DNA of 64,000 bases from the NCBI GenBank assembly GCA_964188305.1, contig OZ076886.1; one strand, 5' to 3'. The DNA is from Podarcis bocagei (taxonomy: Eukaryota). The notes beneath the pieces were generated by a model. It was not told the DNA's origin. It did no database searches and was given only the letters and a program-made list of their open reading frames with translations. The position numbers and the translations under genes are program-made. This document shows, one piece after another, positions 11,888 to 24,534 of the stretch; the stretch's first letter is position 1, and the number at the start of each line of letters is the position of its first letter.

Positions 11888-13286
11888 TATTTCAATGAAA
11901 TATCTCTTTCTGTATCATGTTGCACCATACATGCATCTATGAATGCCTATGTATGCCATACAAACCTGCATATTATTTGTTATGCCATGCCTGTACTGTG
12001 TATTTTAGTATGCTGTGAATATTTACTTACACAATTTATATGCATCCTTTTGTATTAAAAACACACATGCATGCCCTGCATCTCTCAGTATTAGCTGTAC
12101 TTACAACTTTTTGTATGCCATAAGACTCAAAATCTGTATGGGGTGTCTGTGTGTGTGTATCATATGTGTCTGTATCTAATTTTGGTATGTGTAGCTGAAA
12201 ACCACCATCTACAAGAGACCATCTACAGCTGCATGCCACAGAACTTAGATCTCTAGAACCAAATATAGGTATTCTGCAAGAATCCTTTGATTCTCAACTT
12301 CTTATTTTGGGGATGTACAAGAGGAATCCCTCAGAGCTGCAGGAAGAACTTTAAAACACAGGGGCAATTTTCTATTGACAATTCAAGGGGGTCCCACTGA
12401 TCATAGATTGTATCTCCATTCCCAATATAGCTTCTTATCCCAGTTCAAACTTCATAATACGTATTCTACATAATGCTTTTAGTGTCCTCTTTTCCTTTTA
12501 ACTTACTAAATTTTGCAGAAGAACCAGAATTTGCAGTCTGAATACATTACTGAAAATCAAGTCAATTTTATGAGAAGATGCCTAATGTTCAAAATATATT
12601 ACTGCATAATTTGAAATTTCCTAGGATAGAATTTTAGGGCTAAACTGGACTAGGTCAGGAGATCTGTGACTGTATATCCTGATGCTTCTTTAAACAAATA
12701 AGCAGTTGTAGAGACATAGCTTGGGCCCATTACACTAGAGGAGGGGATCCAACACTTCACCATTCCAATTTAAATATCTCCTGAAACTGCTATTTGACTG
12801 ATCCCCTGCTGGAGAAAATCTATCAGTACCTCAGAGTCTTGTCACACCCTTGGGCATCCCTCTCCCATATACCAGGGATGAGAAATATGAAGCCTTCCAG
12901 CTAGTGGTAGACAACAACTTCCATTAGCCTACGCTAGCATGGCCCATGGTCAGGGAAGATGGGAGCTGACATCTGCAAGGCCACATGTTCCCCGTGCCTG
13001 CCATATATCCTGTGTTCTATATACGCTCATTGCATGCATGCCTACAGTTTATGCATGTATTTCTGCTTTTTTCTTGTTTTGCTTGGATGTGACATGCACA
13101 GCTTACATGTGTGCCTGTCTCTTCAGGTGCAGCTTCATTCCAAACTTTCCAGATTCACAAACCCCAGAGAGTTCAGTGCCACCAGCGTAACAATAAAGGG
13201 GTCACACCACAGACACTGGAGAAATAGGCCAGCGAGCTAGGCAGGGCCATCCGCTGGATTGGTTTGAATTTTTGTTCTCTGCTCAC

Positions 13287-13310
13287 CAACCATCTTACCT
13301 GCGCCCGCCC
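13287..13310 (-). other. CACNA1A: Candidate in-frame microexon (GRAQ / GRAQVRWL / VRWL) or recursive splice site in intron 46
   Basis: 128-nt AG-free pyrimidine-rich zone, then gag|GGGCGGGCGCAG|gtaaga, with a second donor TTG|gtgagc 12 nt further on. Confidence 0.5.
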
Positions 13311-14234
13311 CTCGCCGTGACAGCAGAGCCAAGCACAACGGATACAGAAATAAACATGTAAATAAAGGCAGATTGGCCAGGAGACCCCGAGTAAAGCGTC
13401 CAAATTGTCCAAAGGAAACAAATAGGAACAAAGAAAATGACTTCGTGTGTGATAACGGAGGGGCGGCGTGCAGCAGTGGGGGGAATAAATGGAAAACAAA
13501 GGAATAAAGGACCTTAAGAAGAGTCTCATCGAGTAATTGTATTCTCATTCACCCAATAAAATTTTGATGCAGTTCACATAAAGCTGGGCACAACCGCTGT
13601 CTTGAGGCTCTACCCTTATGTTGTTCAATTTTCTCTATAATTAAAGTGGTAGGCTTTATTATTTCTTTGGCTTTTGTACCACACTATGAAGATAAATAAG
13701 GAATGTAGTTGTGAGCTTCAGTGTGAGTTTGATAGCCTTTGTTTTCTTGGCCCATTACAGGATATAATATTTGGCATGGAGATGGGGTAACATGCTGCAT
13801 TAATATATGGAGGGAGCCAACTGCACTACTAAATTGGCAGTCCTGGCATTGCTCCAGTTCCAAAGCTGTAGACATACAAACACTGCAATAGAATGAATCC
13901 AGACTAAGCCCTGTGAAAATCAAACCCTGCAAACCCATACTTCCTTAGGTGTGAACTCAGCTTTGAATGAACTAATTTTTTTTGATACTATTCAATTGTC
14001 TTATTTTGATCAGAGGATGTACTCCAGTAATAAAGGTGACAGAATTTTCCACCCATTTTCTCTATATAAGTGCCATTAAATATGCTGTCCATGATATGTA
14101 TATAATTAGCAGGAACATAGCCTAAGCAGCCTTGTCCAAGCCACAGGAACTTGTGGTATCCTGTTGTGATACCTCAGGGATATTGTAAATGGGTTTCACA
14201 GACATTGCAATACTTGTCTGTGCACACACATTGT

Positions 14235-14237
<3 letters not shown>

Positions 14238-14270
<33 letters not shown>
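14238..14270. repeat. (GT)n microsatellite
   Basis: Dinucleotide run. Confidence 0.95.
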
Positions 14271-14272
<2 letters not shown>

Positions 14273-15684
14273 CTCAATAGGTGATCAGAATCAGACAAGA
14301 CTCTGTGTGAAATGCCTTCTGTGTCTGTGAAGAAGGGTGGACAGGTATGAAGCGAGAGGGTATCTTTTGAGGAAGCAATTCCTGAAATGGGAGGAAAGGA
14401 GGATATCACTTGGGGCAAAATGCAATAGGGAGTTTTTCTCTGTACCATTTACTGGAAATGAGCCCTTGTATGTAGTTGTAATGTTGATCCAGAAGGGATC
14501 GTCATCCACGCCCATCTTTTCTGGATCTCAGCAATGGAAGCTTCTGCTTATATAAACATATCTATACCAAAGTCTAAACTAGTTTAAATGTCTCTTCTTC
14601 TCTCCTTTTTAGAACAGCAAAACCCAGATGGTGAAGAGTTCAAAAAAGGTCTCTCCAAAATGGGTGAATGGGCAACAGAATGCTTATTAAACTCATTACA
14701 AATAAGTCATAAATTGTGAACACAGGAGGGGAAAATCTGACTGCTGATACGTATGCTGATTGAGTTGAATTGGCTGTGACTGCTTTGCAAAGAGATTTTG
14801 GAGCTATAGTGGAAAGCTTACAGAAAACATCCATGTGCCATGGTAATGTGCCAGGAATAATTAGGAAAGGAAAGGAATAAAAATAAAATAAAATAAAATA
14901 AATATTGAAATGCCATTATATAAATCTATGGTATGTTTTGAATTCTGTGAAGAGTTAGGGTCTCCCATGTCAAAAGATTATCCTAGAGATGTAAAACAGA
15001 TAGAAAATGGCAAGTTGGCATTCCTTATAAGAGGAAGCAAATGAGTTTTGGGGCCTTTTTAGTTTAGAAAAAAAAATACTATAGTGGAAATTGTCAAAGT
15101 TCACAAAATCACAACTGATGTGAAGAAAGACAAAGCTTAGACAAATGCATGGGGGATTTGTCAATAGCTATGATAGTTAAATGGAACCCCTATGTTCAGA
15201 GGAAGTTTACCTCTGAGTACCAGATGCTGGAGACAAATCACACAGGGTGGCTACCATCTTCCTACTTTGCACGTGAACTTTCAGAGAAATCTGGATGGCT
15301 GCTGTTGGACAAAATGCTGAGCTAGATCACGCTTGGTCAGACTCTGCAAGTTCTGATGTTGGTTAAATTCAGAAGTGTGCTTACAATGGTGCAGCCACTT
15401 CAGTGCAGGCATGCTCACCCAGCATTCTCACTGCAATATGTTAGTAATGTGGTGGTCCCTTAGCAATACATGGGATGTCCATTCATTTGCAGTTGCTGTA
15501 TGTATAGAACCTACAGGTCTTCCTTGGGCCAGTCAGGATCATAAAGTTCCATCAGAGAGATCCAGAAACTAATAACAGGGTGGGTAATTGGAGCTTGATT
15601 CCCTAAGAGTAGAGACTCTCTCCATACTGGACACACCTGGATCGATCCCTAGGGGCACAGCATGGAATGGAAAGCCACACCCAC

Positions 15685-15932
15685 CTGCCTGTGAGGCATG
15701 TGGTCTCGGCCCTCACTGGGTGAGCGAGACCAACGTCGATCTCTGGAGCGAGGCCGGCTATATTCGTGCCTCTCTTGTGAGTACCGCTCTTTGTCAGAAG
15801 ATGTGTGGTGGTGATGATGGTGGTGGTGGTGGTGATGGTGTTTCCGGTCCTTTGGCCTGCCTCGTTCTTGGTCTCTTTCTTTGGGAGGTAGGTCACCTGA
15901 CTGTGTGGTCATGCTGAGGTCCGTGCCCAGCC
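15685..15932 (-). CDS. CACNA1A: CACNA1A exon 46 (248 nt): [31 protein letters not shown](H)12TSSDKERY...HMPHRQ
   Basis: tggcag|GG acceptor (phase 1); CAG|gtgggt donor (phase 0); poly-His 15805-15840. Confidence 0.96.
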
Positions 15933-16352
15933 CTGCCAGTAAGAAGAAAGAAGGCAGTTCAAGGTTGAATGTTTCAGTTAGAAATATTCTGTATATGTCA
16001 ACATATGTCCCCATCCTTCCCTGGCATCTAAGCAACAAAGGAGAAGGCAACGTTTTGCATGGCTGATGTTGTGAACCTGAAGGAACATGTGCCCAGGACT
16101 CAGATACCAAAGTATATTGCTTTTCTAGTCTTTTCAAAAGCTCAAGCAGCTACTCAGGGCTAAATCAAGACTGATGGAGGAGATCTGTGAACAGTATCTT
16201 CCACAGCTGATTAAAATGTTAACAGCAGCCATGGAAGAGAGTACGATAGTACTGGTGTTGTGGTGGTGGTTTAAAACCTTATGATGCCATTTTCTTGATG
16301 AAAATTGGACTCTTAAAGCTACTATTTGCCTTCCTGGGCAAAACAGAATATA

Positions 16353-16594
16353 CAGTGGTACCTCTGGTTACGTACTTAATTCGTTCCGGAGGTCCGTTCT
16401 TAACCTGAAACTGTTCTTAACCTGAAGCACCACTTTAGTTAATGGGGCCTCCCACTGCTGCCGTGCCACCGCTGTGCGAATTTTGTTCTCATCCTGAAGC
16501 AAAGTTCTTAACCCGAGGTACTATTTCTGGGTTAGCGGAGTCTGTAACCTGAATCGTATGTAACCTGAAGCGTATGTAACCCGAGGTACCACTG
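16353..16594. mobile_element. Tigger/mariner-type MITE (family copy 1)
   Basis: TA|cagtggtacctc...gaggtaccactg|TA; near-identical to copies at 20463 and 35100. Confidence 0.9.
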
Positions 16595-16857
16595 TACATG
16601 TTTTGCCCTGCAGTGCAAGTATCAGCTTTGGAGGTTAACAGCAACTTTAGAGCAGAGGGCAGGAGGAGGGGGGGGTAACAGAACTGCAGCACCGAGGAGG
16701 CTTTAAAAACCCCCTCATGCCACCACTCCCCCAATTAAAATTGTCCTCCCCAAGCTATTTGCCCCATGGGGGCAAGATTAATTAAGCCTTTGCACTGCAT
16801 GGCAAGCAAAATTTCAGTTTGCTGATATTAATCAGAAAAACAATGCTAAAGGGTTTA

Positions 16858-16861
<4 letters not shown>

Positions 16862-16895
<34 letters not shown>
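16862..16895. repeat. (AC)n microsatellite
   Basis: Dinucleotide run. Confidence 0.95.
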
Positions 16896-16897
<2 letters not shown>

Positions 16898-17779
16898 CTA
16901 GTGCTGCAGTTGCAATATGAACAACCCGCCTATTGCTGTTATTAACACTTAAACTGTGGAGATCCAGTTCATGGAATCACCCACATCATAATTATTTTGG
17001 CTTGCAGAAGTCCCTTCATAGAGGGATCAGAATTTGTTTCCAGCGAGTCCTCAATTTAAAGTAGGCTCTCAGCTGACAAAATGCTCCAAAAGTACTTCTG
17101 GATCCCATACACAGTCTTTTGACCTACAGTTTGGGGAAGGACTGATCTGCAAAGAAAGCAAGAATGAAAGTACCTGAGACATATCTTACATTTCTCACAA
17201 ACCTTATGTGCTATTATAAAGCTCTATTATGCAACGCCTCTAAAAGAGCACAAGTATGCATTTGCACATTTCACATGCTGCAATAAAATCAGTTTTGTAA
17301 CACTTTAAAGACTAAGGCCCCTACATACTTTCTGTTTGTCTGTGTAGATGTTTTCTGCAACATGTCTTTGACACAGTAATAGTGCATCTGCGGCAGATTT
17401 ATAGTGAACTCACTACATATTTCCTCTTTATTAATTACCGTATGTGATTCTTCTCAGTGTTACCACATTACTGCCACCTGGAGGGGCACCCTGGAACTAT
17501 AGTGCAACAAAAAGAAAACCTGCATATACCTGTACAATTATACTGTGTACATCAAACATATTCACCAGTTATTGAGAGACTCACACCTTAAGATGCTTGC
17601 CAATAAGCCTTAGATCTTTACATATATACTTTGACCAGCTACCATAATTCTAAGGCTGCCATATAATTTACTCTCTGGAATTGTGACAGTAGCAAAGATT
17701 GCAGCTATTCTGAAGTAAGTAACTGAAGGACTGAAGCCTCTGTCTCTAGCGTTTACTCCTGCTGGTCCTGCAATCTGAC

Positions 17780-17972
17780 CTGTGTCCACATCAGTATATC
17801 GGCTGAGTGAGCGCTCTGATGTCCGGTGGCCTCGTTCCCGCCGCCGGTGATGCCGTTGGTTCTCCTCTGGGATTACCCTTTCCAAAGAGTAGTCATCCAA
17901 GCGCATGCCTTTGGAGCGTGAGTGGCCCAACATGGAGGCAGAGCGTTTCATGGGGCTTGCATCTGTGATTGT
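17780..17972 (-). CDS. CACNA1A: CACNA1A exon 45 (193 nt): [16 protein letters not shown]...[13 protein letters not shown](G)
   Basis: ttccag|ACA acceptor; ACAG|gtcaga donor; phase 0 to 1. Confidence 0.96.
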
Positions 17973-18749
17973 CTGGAAAGGGACAGAAACCCAGCACAAT
18001 AACTGAACTGGCACTTTATGAGAAGGCAAACCCCCATGGATTTGATAGACAATGGGATACTATGCCTCTTTCTAGGCAACTACTCTGTCATGTATAGCTC
18101 AGCTAAAGAACTATGGGCACATCTATCCATCCTCCCGTCCAAGTTGCTACCCAAGCCATCTTTCTGTGCCCATAGTTATTAAATTAATGATGCATATATG
18201 AACCTCTCTCTCAAGATATACCCATTTGCCCCAAGTGCTAGGAATGGTTGTCTAAAGAGTTATGGAGTGTGAGGTTTTTATTTTGCTTGCAAACCACCAA
18301 ATCTTCCTTCCCAATCTGCTGAAGAATGAATGCATGGGTTTAGCTAGCATACAGAACAGTTGCCATGTTGTCTTTCTCCCACAGATGATACAGAAAAGGG
18401 CCAAACCCAGATTTCATTAATCATGTGACTGTTACATATAATATTTTTCTTTCACAAATAGCTAGCGCAGGGTTGTCAGTTGGGACTGGGATCCTGGCAT
18501 GGGGTAGGTTTGGTTTTAATCCGTTGCCTACTGATGTGTTCCTGATCCAGATCAACTAATAGGAACATTCCCACACATGCAACGGGCAGGTGCTGCAGGT
18601 CCCCTGAATCAGACTACAATTGGGGTGGGTGGGTCACAGCCCTCTATACCAGGGCACTGAACTAAACTAGGTTCCCCACACTGGCCATTTGAGAAAGAAA
18701 AATCCTGCATTTAAGAGCAATCCACATGATTAATGTGGACTACATAAGA

Positions 18750-19201
18750 CAGTGGTTTTCAACCAGGGTGCCATGGCACCCTGGGGTGCCTTGAATGGTG
18801 GTCTCTGTGCCTCTTTCCTTCCTTCCCTCCTCTGATGCCCTCCTGCAACTCTGCCTCTCAAAGGCTTGCACAGCTGTTTGTTGCAGCAGCCCTGGCTACA
18901 AGCTCTGCAGGCAAATGGTGCCTCTGGGGCTGGCCAAAGGGTACTTCCCAGGCCCCTGTGGGACAGTATGAGGAGGTACCTCTCTTTGGGGCAGGGGGGA
19001 AGCTCAGAGACTAGGGGCGGCGGCAGCAGCTGCCCGGAGGACTTCCAAGAAGAGGGGAGAGAGGAGGCTGAGGGAACACTCCACAAGGGAGGGTGTTTGA
19101 AAAAGGGTGAGATAACTGGGCTCCTGAGCCTCACAGGGATGCCGCAGAAAGAATGTAGTTGCTCAAGGGAGCTGTGGACTCAATAAGGTTGAAAACCTCT
19201 G
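18750..19201. mobile_element. Non-autonomous hAT DNA transposon
   Basis: TIRs cagtggttttcaacc / ggttgaaaacctctg; 8-bp TSD acataaga / acatatga (1 mismatch). Confidence 0.8.
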
Positions 19202-20462
19202 ACATATGACATAGATGTGTTGTTTTTTTAAAAAAATTAAATGCCAGGTGTGGGGGGTAGGGAGTGGAATTGTCCTCAGAAATGTAGTGTGCTTGGAGAA
19301 GAGGCATAAGTTTTCTCCCCCACCTGTCCCCACTGCCCAGTAATTAGCATTAGGGGAAAAATCTCCCTCGTTAAGTAATTTGTCAAATGCCATTCATTGT
19401 TCTTTTATTACGGAACGTGAAGGTACACCTGATATTATAGTACTGGACAACAATAAATCTCATTGTATGTTAAGATTGGTGCCAGTAACAACTCCCAAGA
19501 TTCTTATATGGTTTCCTCAGCTTTGCTCAAATCATTGTCTGGCACCCCTCTTCTTGAATAGGACACAAGACGACTGGGTCTTGGAGCTGAATTGAGACCT
19601 CTCGTTACTTCTTCCTTCTTAGGTTTTGGGGGTCATGCTCATTATCTACATTTATAGGCAGCTATCTCTAGGAGTAAAGACATTTCAAGGTACAGTACTC
19701 TCAGAAACCAGAAAACCTGCAAAGGCTCTTGGAGGCCATCTTGTGATCAATAAAAGCAAAAAATGGAAGGCAGTGATTTAGTAGAAAGGAGGCCATAGAA
19801 AAATCTGAATGCTGCCAAATGCCCTGTGACTCCCACCCCTACCCTATGTTACCTTGTGCTTACTCACAACATCAATTTCAAAAACTACTGGGTTGGGCTG
19901 ACACCATGATATATTAAAACAACTTCAAGGAATCTGGGTTTGGTATTTCAGATTTGCTCAGCCAGAAAGATCTTGGTTTAAAGTAGAGATGGCTAAACTG
20001 TGGTTCTCCAGAGGTAGTTGGACTGCTCATCATCCAAGACCATGGCCATGCTGACTGGGGCTAATGGAAGTTGAGTCCAGCAACATCTGTACAGCCCTGG
20101 TTCAAAATATTACACAACAACAAGCCAGAACAACAAGAATAACAAAAGGCCATCTACAAAGTCTTACAGAATAAAAAAGCTTTTAAAAATTCATCCAACT
20201 TCTTCTGAATTACATTATTATTGTATGAGAAAACCACTATGTTGAAATTAAACCTAGAAGTCACAAATTACACATTGCTTGTACAGGTAAAATAAAACAC
20301 ATTTGTGTCAACTTTGATTTAATATGGGTGAAAATACAAACATGTAACTGTTTTTATTAATCTTGTGTACACAGAGTTCTGATTTGTAAATTTAAATGTG
20401 ACCAAAAGATATTCACATGCAGTAATCTGCAACAGACAGTAGGAATATAGGACTGCCCTATA

Positions 20463-20696
20463 CAGTGGTACCTCGGGTTAAGAACTTAATTCGTTCTGGA
20501 GGTCCGTTTTTAACCTGAAACTGTTCTTAACCTGAAGTACCATGTTCGCTAATGGGGCCTCCTGCCGCCGCCGCCGCATGATTTCTGTTCTCATCCTGAA
20601 GCAAAGTTCTTAATCCGAGGTACTACTTCTAGGTTAGTGGAGTCTGTAACCTGAAGCGTCTGTAACCTGAAGTGTCTGTAACTTGAGGTACCACTG
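20463..20696. mobile_element. Tigger/mariner-type MITE (family copy 2)
   Basis: TA|cagtggtacctc...gaggtaccactg|TA. Confidence 0.9.
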
Positions 20697-23600
20697 TACT
20701 GAGTCAGAGCAGCAATCTAAGTATTGTCTATATTGATTGGCAGCAGATCTTCAGGATTTCAGACAAGCTTCTCTTCCTCCTCTACCTGGAATTGAACACA
20801 GGACTTTCTACATGCAAAGCAGATGCTCTGCTACTGAGCTATGGCCCTTCCCTGCATTATAGGGCCGTTCTATGGTCCTTTATAGTATGTTACAGATTAT
20901 TTCATTTGATAGATGTGTCATCCTGAATATATAATTTGGGTCTGAAGTAGCAATCACACTTGAGTTGGGATGCATACTTAAAGTTATACATCATTATGTT
21001 TTGTGACACAGAGATTTAATCATAGCTCATTTGGGATGGATGTTGATATATATCATCCAAACTTTTGGTCAAGAGATATTGGAGACATCTGGATCGAGAA
21101 AATGAAAAGGGACCAAATTAACAGAAAAGTATGAGGGATGTTTTTGGAGATTATGCTGCTAGTGGTTTTAACACATCCTTTCAGAAACAATATAGGACAC
21201 AAGTCATAAATTCAATTACATATGTATGGACAGTAGTCATTTTCAAATGATATCATCTGTGATGGTTTTCTCATGAAGAACACTCCATAACTGCACTGAA
21301 GACTACCTTGTCTCCAAAAACATATCTAATGCACCCTGGACCACATTCCAGGCTGAACAGCTTCAGAAATGGTTGTGAAATATGACTTGATATATTAACT
21401 GTAGGAATGGTACTGTGAGAAACATTCAGTCATGTCCTTTCCAGCAGCAGTGAGGAACCTGTGGCCCTCTAGATGTTGTTGGACTCCAGCTACCATGAGC
21501 CCCAGTCAGCATGGTCAATGGTCAGAGATGATGGGAGTTGTTGTCCAATAACTTCCTGAGGGTCACATTTCCCTCACAATGCCTTACAGCAAGCACTGCC
21601 AGAACTGGCCGTGTGTAGTATCAACCATATTTATTTAAAGCACCACCAGTCATATACTTTTAAAAAACATTTTTTTAAACAGCCATGAAATTTGTCCAGA
21701 AATGGCTATACAGTTTCCGGTAGCTACTATGTAACTTGAATGCCTTCCTAAATGCCTAGCTGGAGTCTTATAAGGTGAACTGTAAATGTTGCTCACAAAG
21801 AAAACGTTATCTTATATCCATTCTGGGAGCGAAATTACATTTTCTACCCTTTTTGTGCATACCCCAAAATATTGGAGTTCTAGAGTATCAGGAAAAGATC
21901 AGTCACACACACATCACTGTATTCTGCCTAACAAAGGTTCATTATTGTTTTATTTTATTTTAATTTAGGTAAATTTAGGGAAAGACAAATTAATATTGCC
22001 ATGTGCAAACAAACATGTTTCTTACCACTTGAAAGCAGTATATTCCATTGCAGAGCAGGGATCAAGGTTCCACACACTATCCCTGCCTTGGACAGGTTAA
22101 CACTTCTCCATTATACTAAGACATTGTTCCCTCCCCTTGAAATCACACTAACTCAGAAAGAGGAAATGCTAAAGAAAGAAACCAGGACTCCCAACCCCAC
22201 AGTCATACTGCTCTGACCAAATAATCCCACGTCTCAGTATGCAACCCAGAAATCCTAGTAGTCAACTCGCCCATATTTAACACAAAGCCAGAAATAACAC
22301 TCTTGCTTACAATCCCCTCCCTGCTGGAGCCACCTGACTCTTCCTGTTTCACAGGACAAGAGAGAGAAAAATTACTCACTTGTAACTGATGCTCTTTCAG
22401 TTGTCCTTCCCCTTTTCCCACCTATATATAGGTGCAGATGCATATACAACCAGGCCTTCCAGAAACCTCTCTCCAATAGATTATTCTTGGAGTAACCTCA
22501 GCATGGGGCTGCTTGTGCATGGTGAACCACAATTAAAATCAAACAAGTTACCACAAAGTTGCAGATAACTCTCAAAAAGGAGTTAAGCTAATCCAGTCAC
22601 CTCAGACATGTAAGACTCCTACCTCACAGTTTCATCAGAATCTATTTGGGTGGGTATTCTGAGACTGAGACTGAAGGGAACATGCTGTAGTAGACATCTG
22701 GGAAAGGGTCGGAAATGGACAGAGATAATTTAAAATAGCATCACATATAAGCTAGCAACCATTTCTTAAAGAGGCTCGGTCAATTTTGAAAAAAGTAAAC
22801 AAGAACAATGGTATCTTCTACAACATGGCAGTTTCAGCAAGTACATTCATTGAAAACGACAGCCATTCATAGCTCTTAAGGGATCCTGCTGTAGGAAGTA
22901 CAGCCAGTCATATCCAGATTGTAAGTTTTTCCATCTTGCAATCCCCTCCTCTAACTAGATGTGCTTCAGAATTGAAGGAAAGAGGCACAGAAATTTCTCT
23001 GGGAGATTGCTAAGAAAACCACAGACATTTCTAATTAAAATGGGAAGTTTTCTTGATAGAATGCCTCCTTTTGTATCAAGTAAAAATGAATAGAGCTGGT
23101 TGGAGAAACTATCCCTCTTAGGTGCTCTCTGCACAACATTATTGTGGATCTCAAATATGCACATTCAAGTACAATCAAGACTTGGTCACACCGTATCTGT
23201 CAATTCAGCAAATTCAGAAAATGGTAGGCTGTGCTTCGGCTGCACAGTCCACACATGGGAAGCAGATAAATGGACACAAAAAGCTCAGTGTCACACCATC
23301 ACTTTGCTCAGGCAACACAATTCTATACCAAAAGCATGTGCTAGAAAGTAAGGAAAGCTTCCCATGTGCCCTAACACTCTCAGCTCAGCAGATGAGTGCT
23401 TTTGCAGTGAAATAAAAGGCAATTCCTGCTCTGGTGGCTCACTGCTGAGCAGTTGTTTCTGGAAGGCCTGGTTGAATGCACATTGATTCAACAACTGCAA
23501 ATGGGCAGATCATATTAGAGAAGAAAGAGAGGAACATGTTGGACACACAGAATCCAGGATTTGGTGGAGTGAGTGTGAGAATGGATAGCTGGTCCAGATT

Positions 23601-24498
23601 GAGAAAGAATTCCCATCCACCCCACAAAACAGATGGAAAATGGAAATAAGTAATTGGGCATCTGACAGACAGAAGAAGCAACAAGGCATTTTGTGGCACC
23701 TTAGAGAGCTATAGACTTATAGTGTAATTCTATCCATGCCTACTCAGAAGCCCCACTGAACTTACACTTCCTTGGACTACAGCCCACTTCATCAGATGTG
23801 TATGTACACACACCAATTGAAGGCAACACTTACCATGTCTAATAAAGTGGGTTTTGGTCCATTAAATCTTTAAAATGCCCTTGGAAGGTACAGTAGGTTA
23901 CCAGCTAAGTTTTTCACAGCCCAAGAAAAAAGGCAACAGAAATGAGGAAGGAGCAGAACTATGGTTAGAATGAGTGTGGGGCTGTGGACACGCATATAAC
24001 TTTCCCCCCCAGCAGGCCCAGTAAATAGACAAAACAAAAACTTCATCTGGCCCAAAGGATGTTTTGGCCACATGAAAAGCTTCAATTGGTGTGATGACAG
24101 AAAACCAGCCTGTTACTGGGCTAGAGTGCTTAAAGAATTATTTTAGCACCCGCTAAAACTAACATGGCAGACAACAGAGGCAGGAGCAGAAAATCAAGTC
24201 TATGGCTTGAAGCAGAGAGAGTGAAAGCAGGAAGAAGGTATGCAGAAAGGGACAGTGAATGAAAGGAAGAGAAAGCCTAATGAAGACAAGATGAGGACAG
24301 AATGGACTGGAGAGAAAGTTTTTTGCCTGCATAGCTTTGAATGCAGCAAAAGCAATTGGGAATAGAGTAAGAGAGAGAAAGAGGTGTGCATGAAGATAAA
24401 CACATAGGAGTTGGCAGCTTGCTAGTCTGAGGAGCCCAGGGGAAGGGAACTGGAGGCAGCGAGCGCGCAGAGCCAGGAGCCCAGGCTGCAGTACATAC

Positions 24499-24534
24499 AC
24501 TGAGATTATTCCCTCGCGGTCGCGCCTTCCTCCA
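24499..24534 (-). CDS. CACNA1A: CACNA1A cassette exon 44 (36 nt): WRKARPRGNNLS
   Basis: gcgacag|TGG...AGT|gtatgt; phase 0/0; homologous to mammalian RRRGRPRGNNLS. Confidence 0.93.

Noticed and set aside
11273-11898. 128-142 aa ORFs near 11.5 kb
   Set aside because: They overlap a non-autonomous MITE and show no DDE/D transposase similarity.
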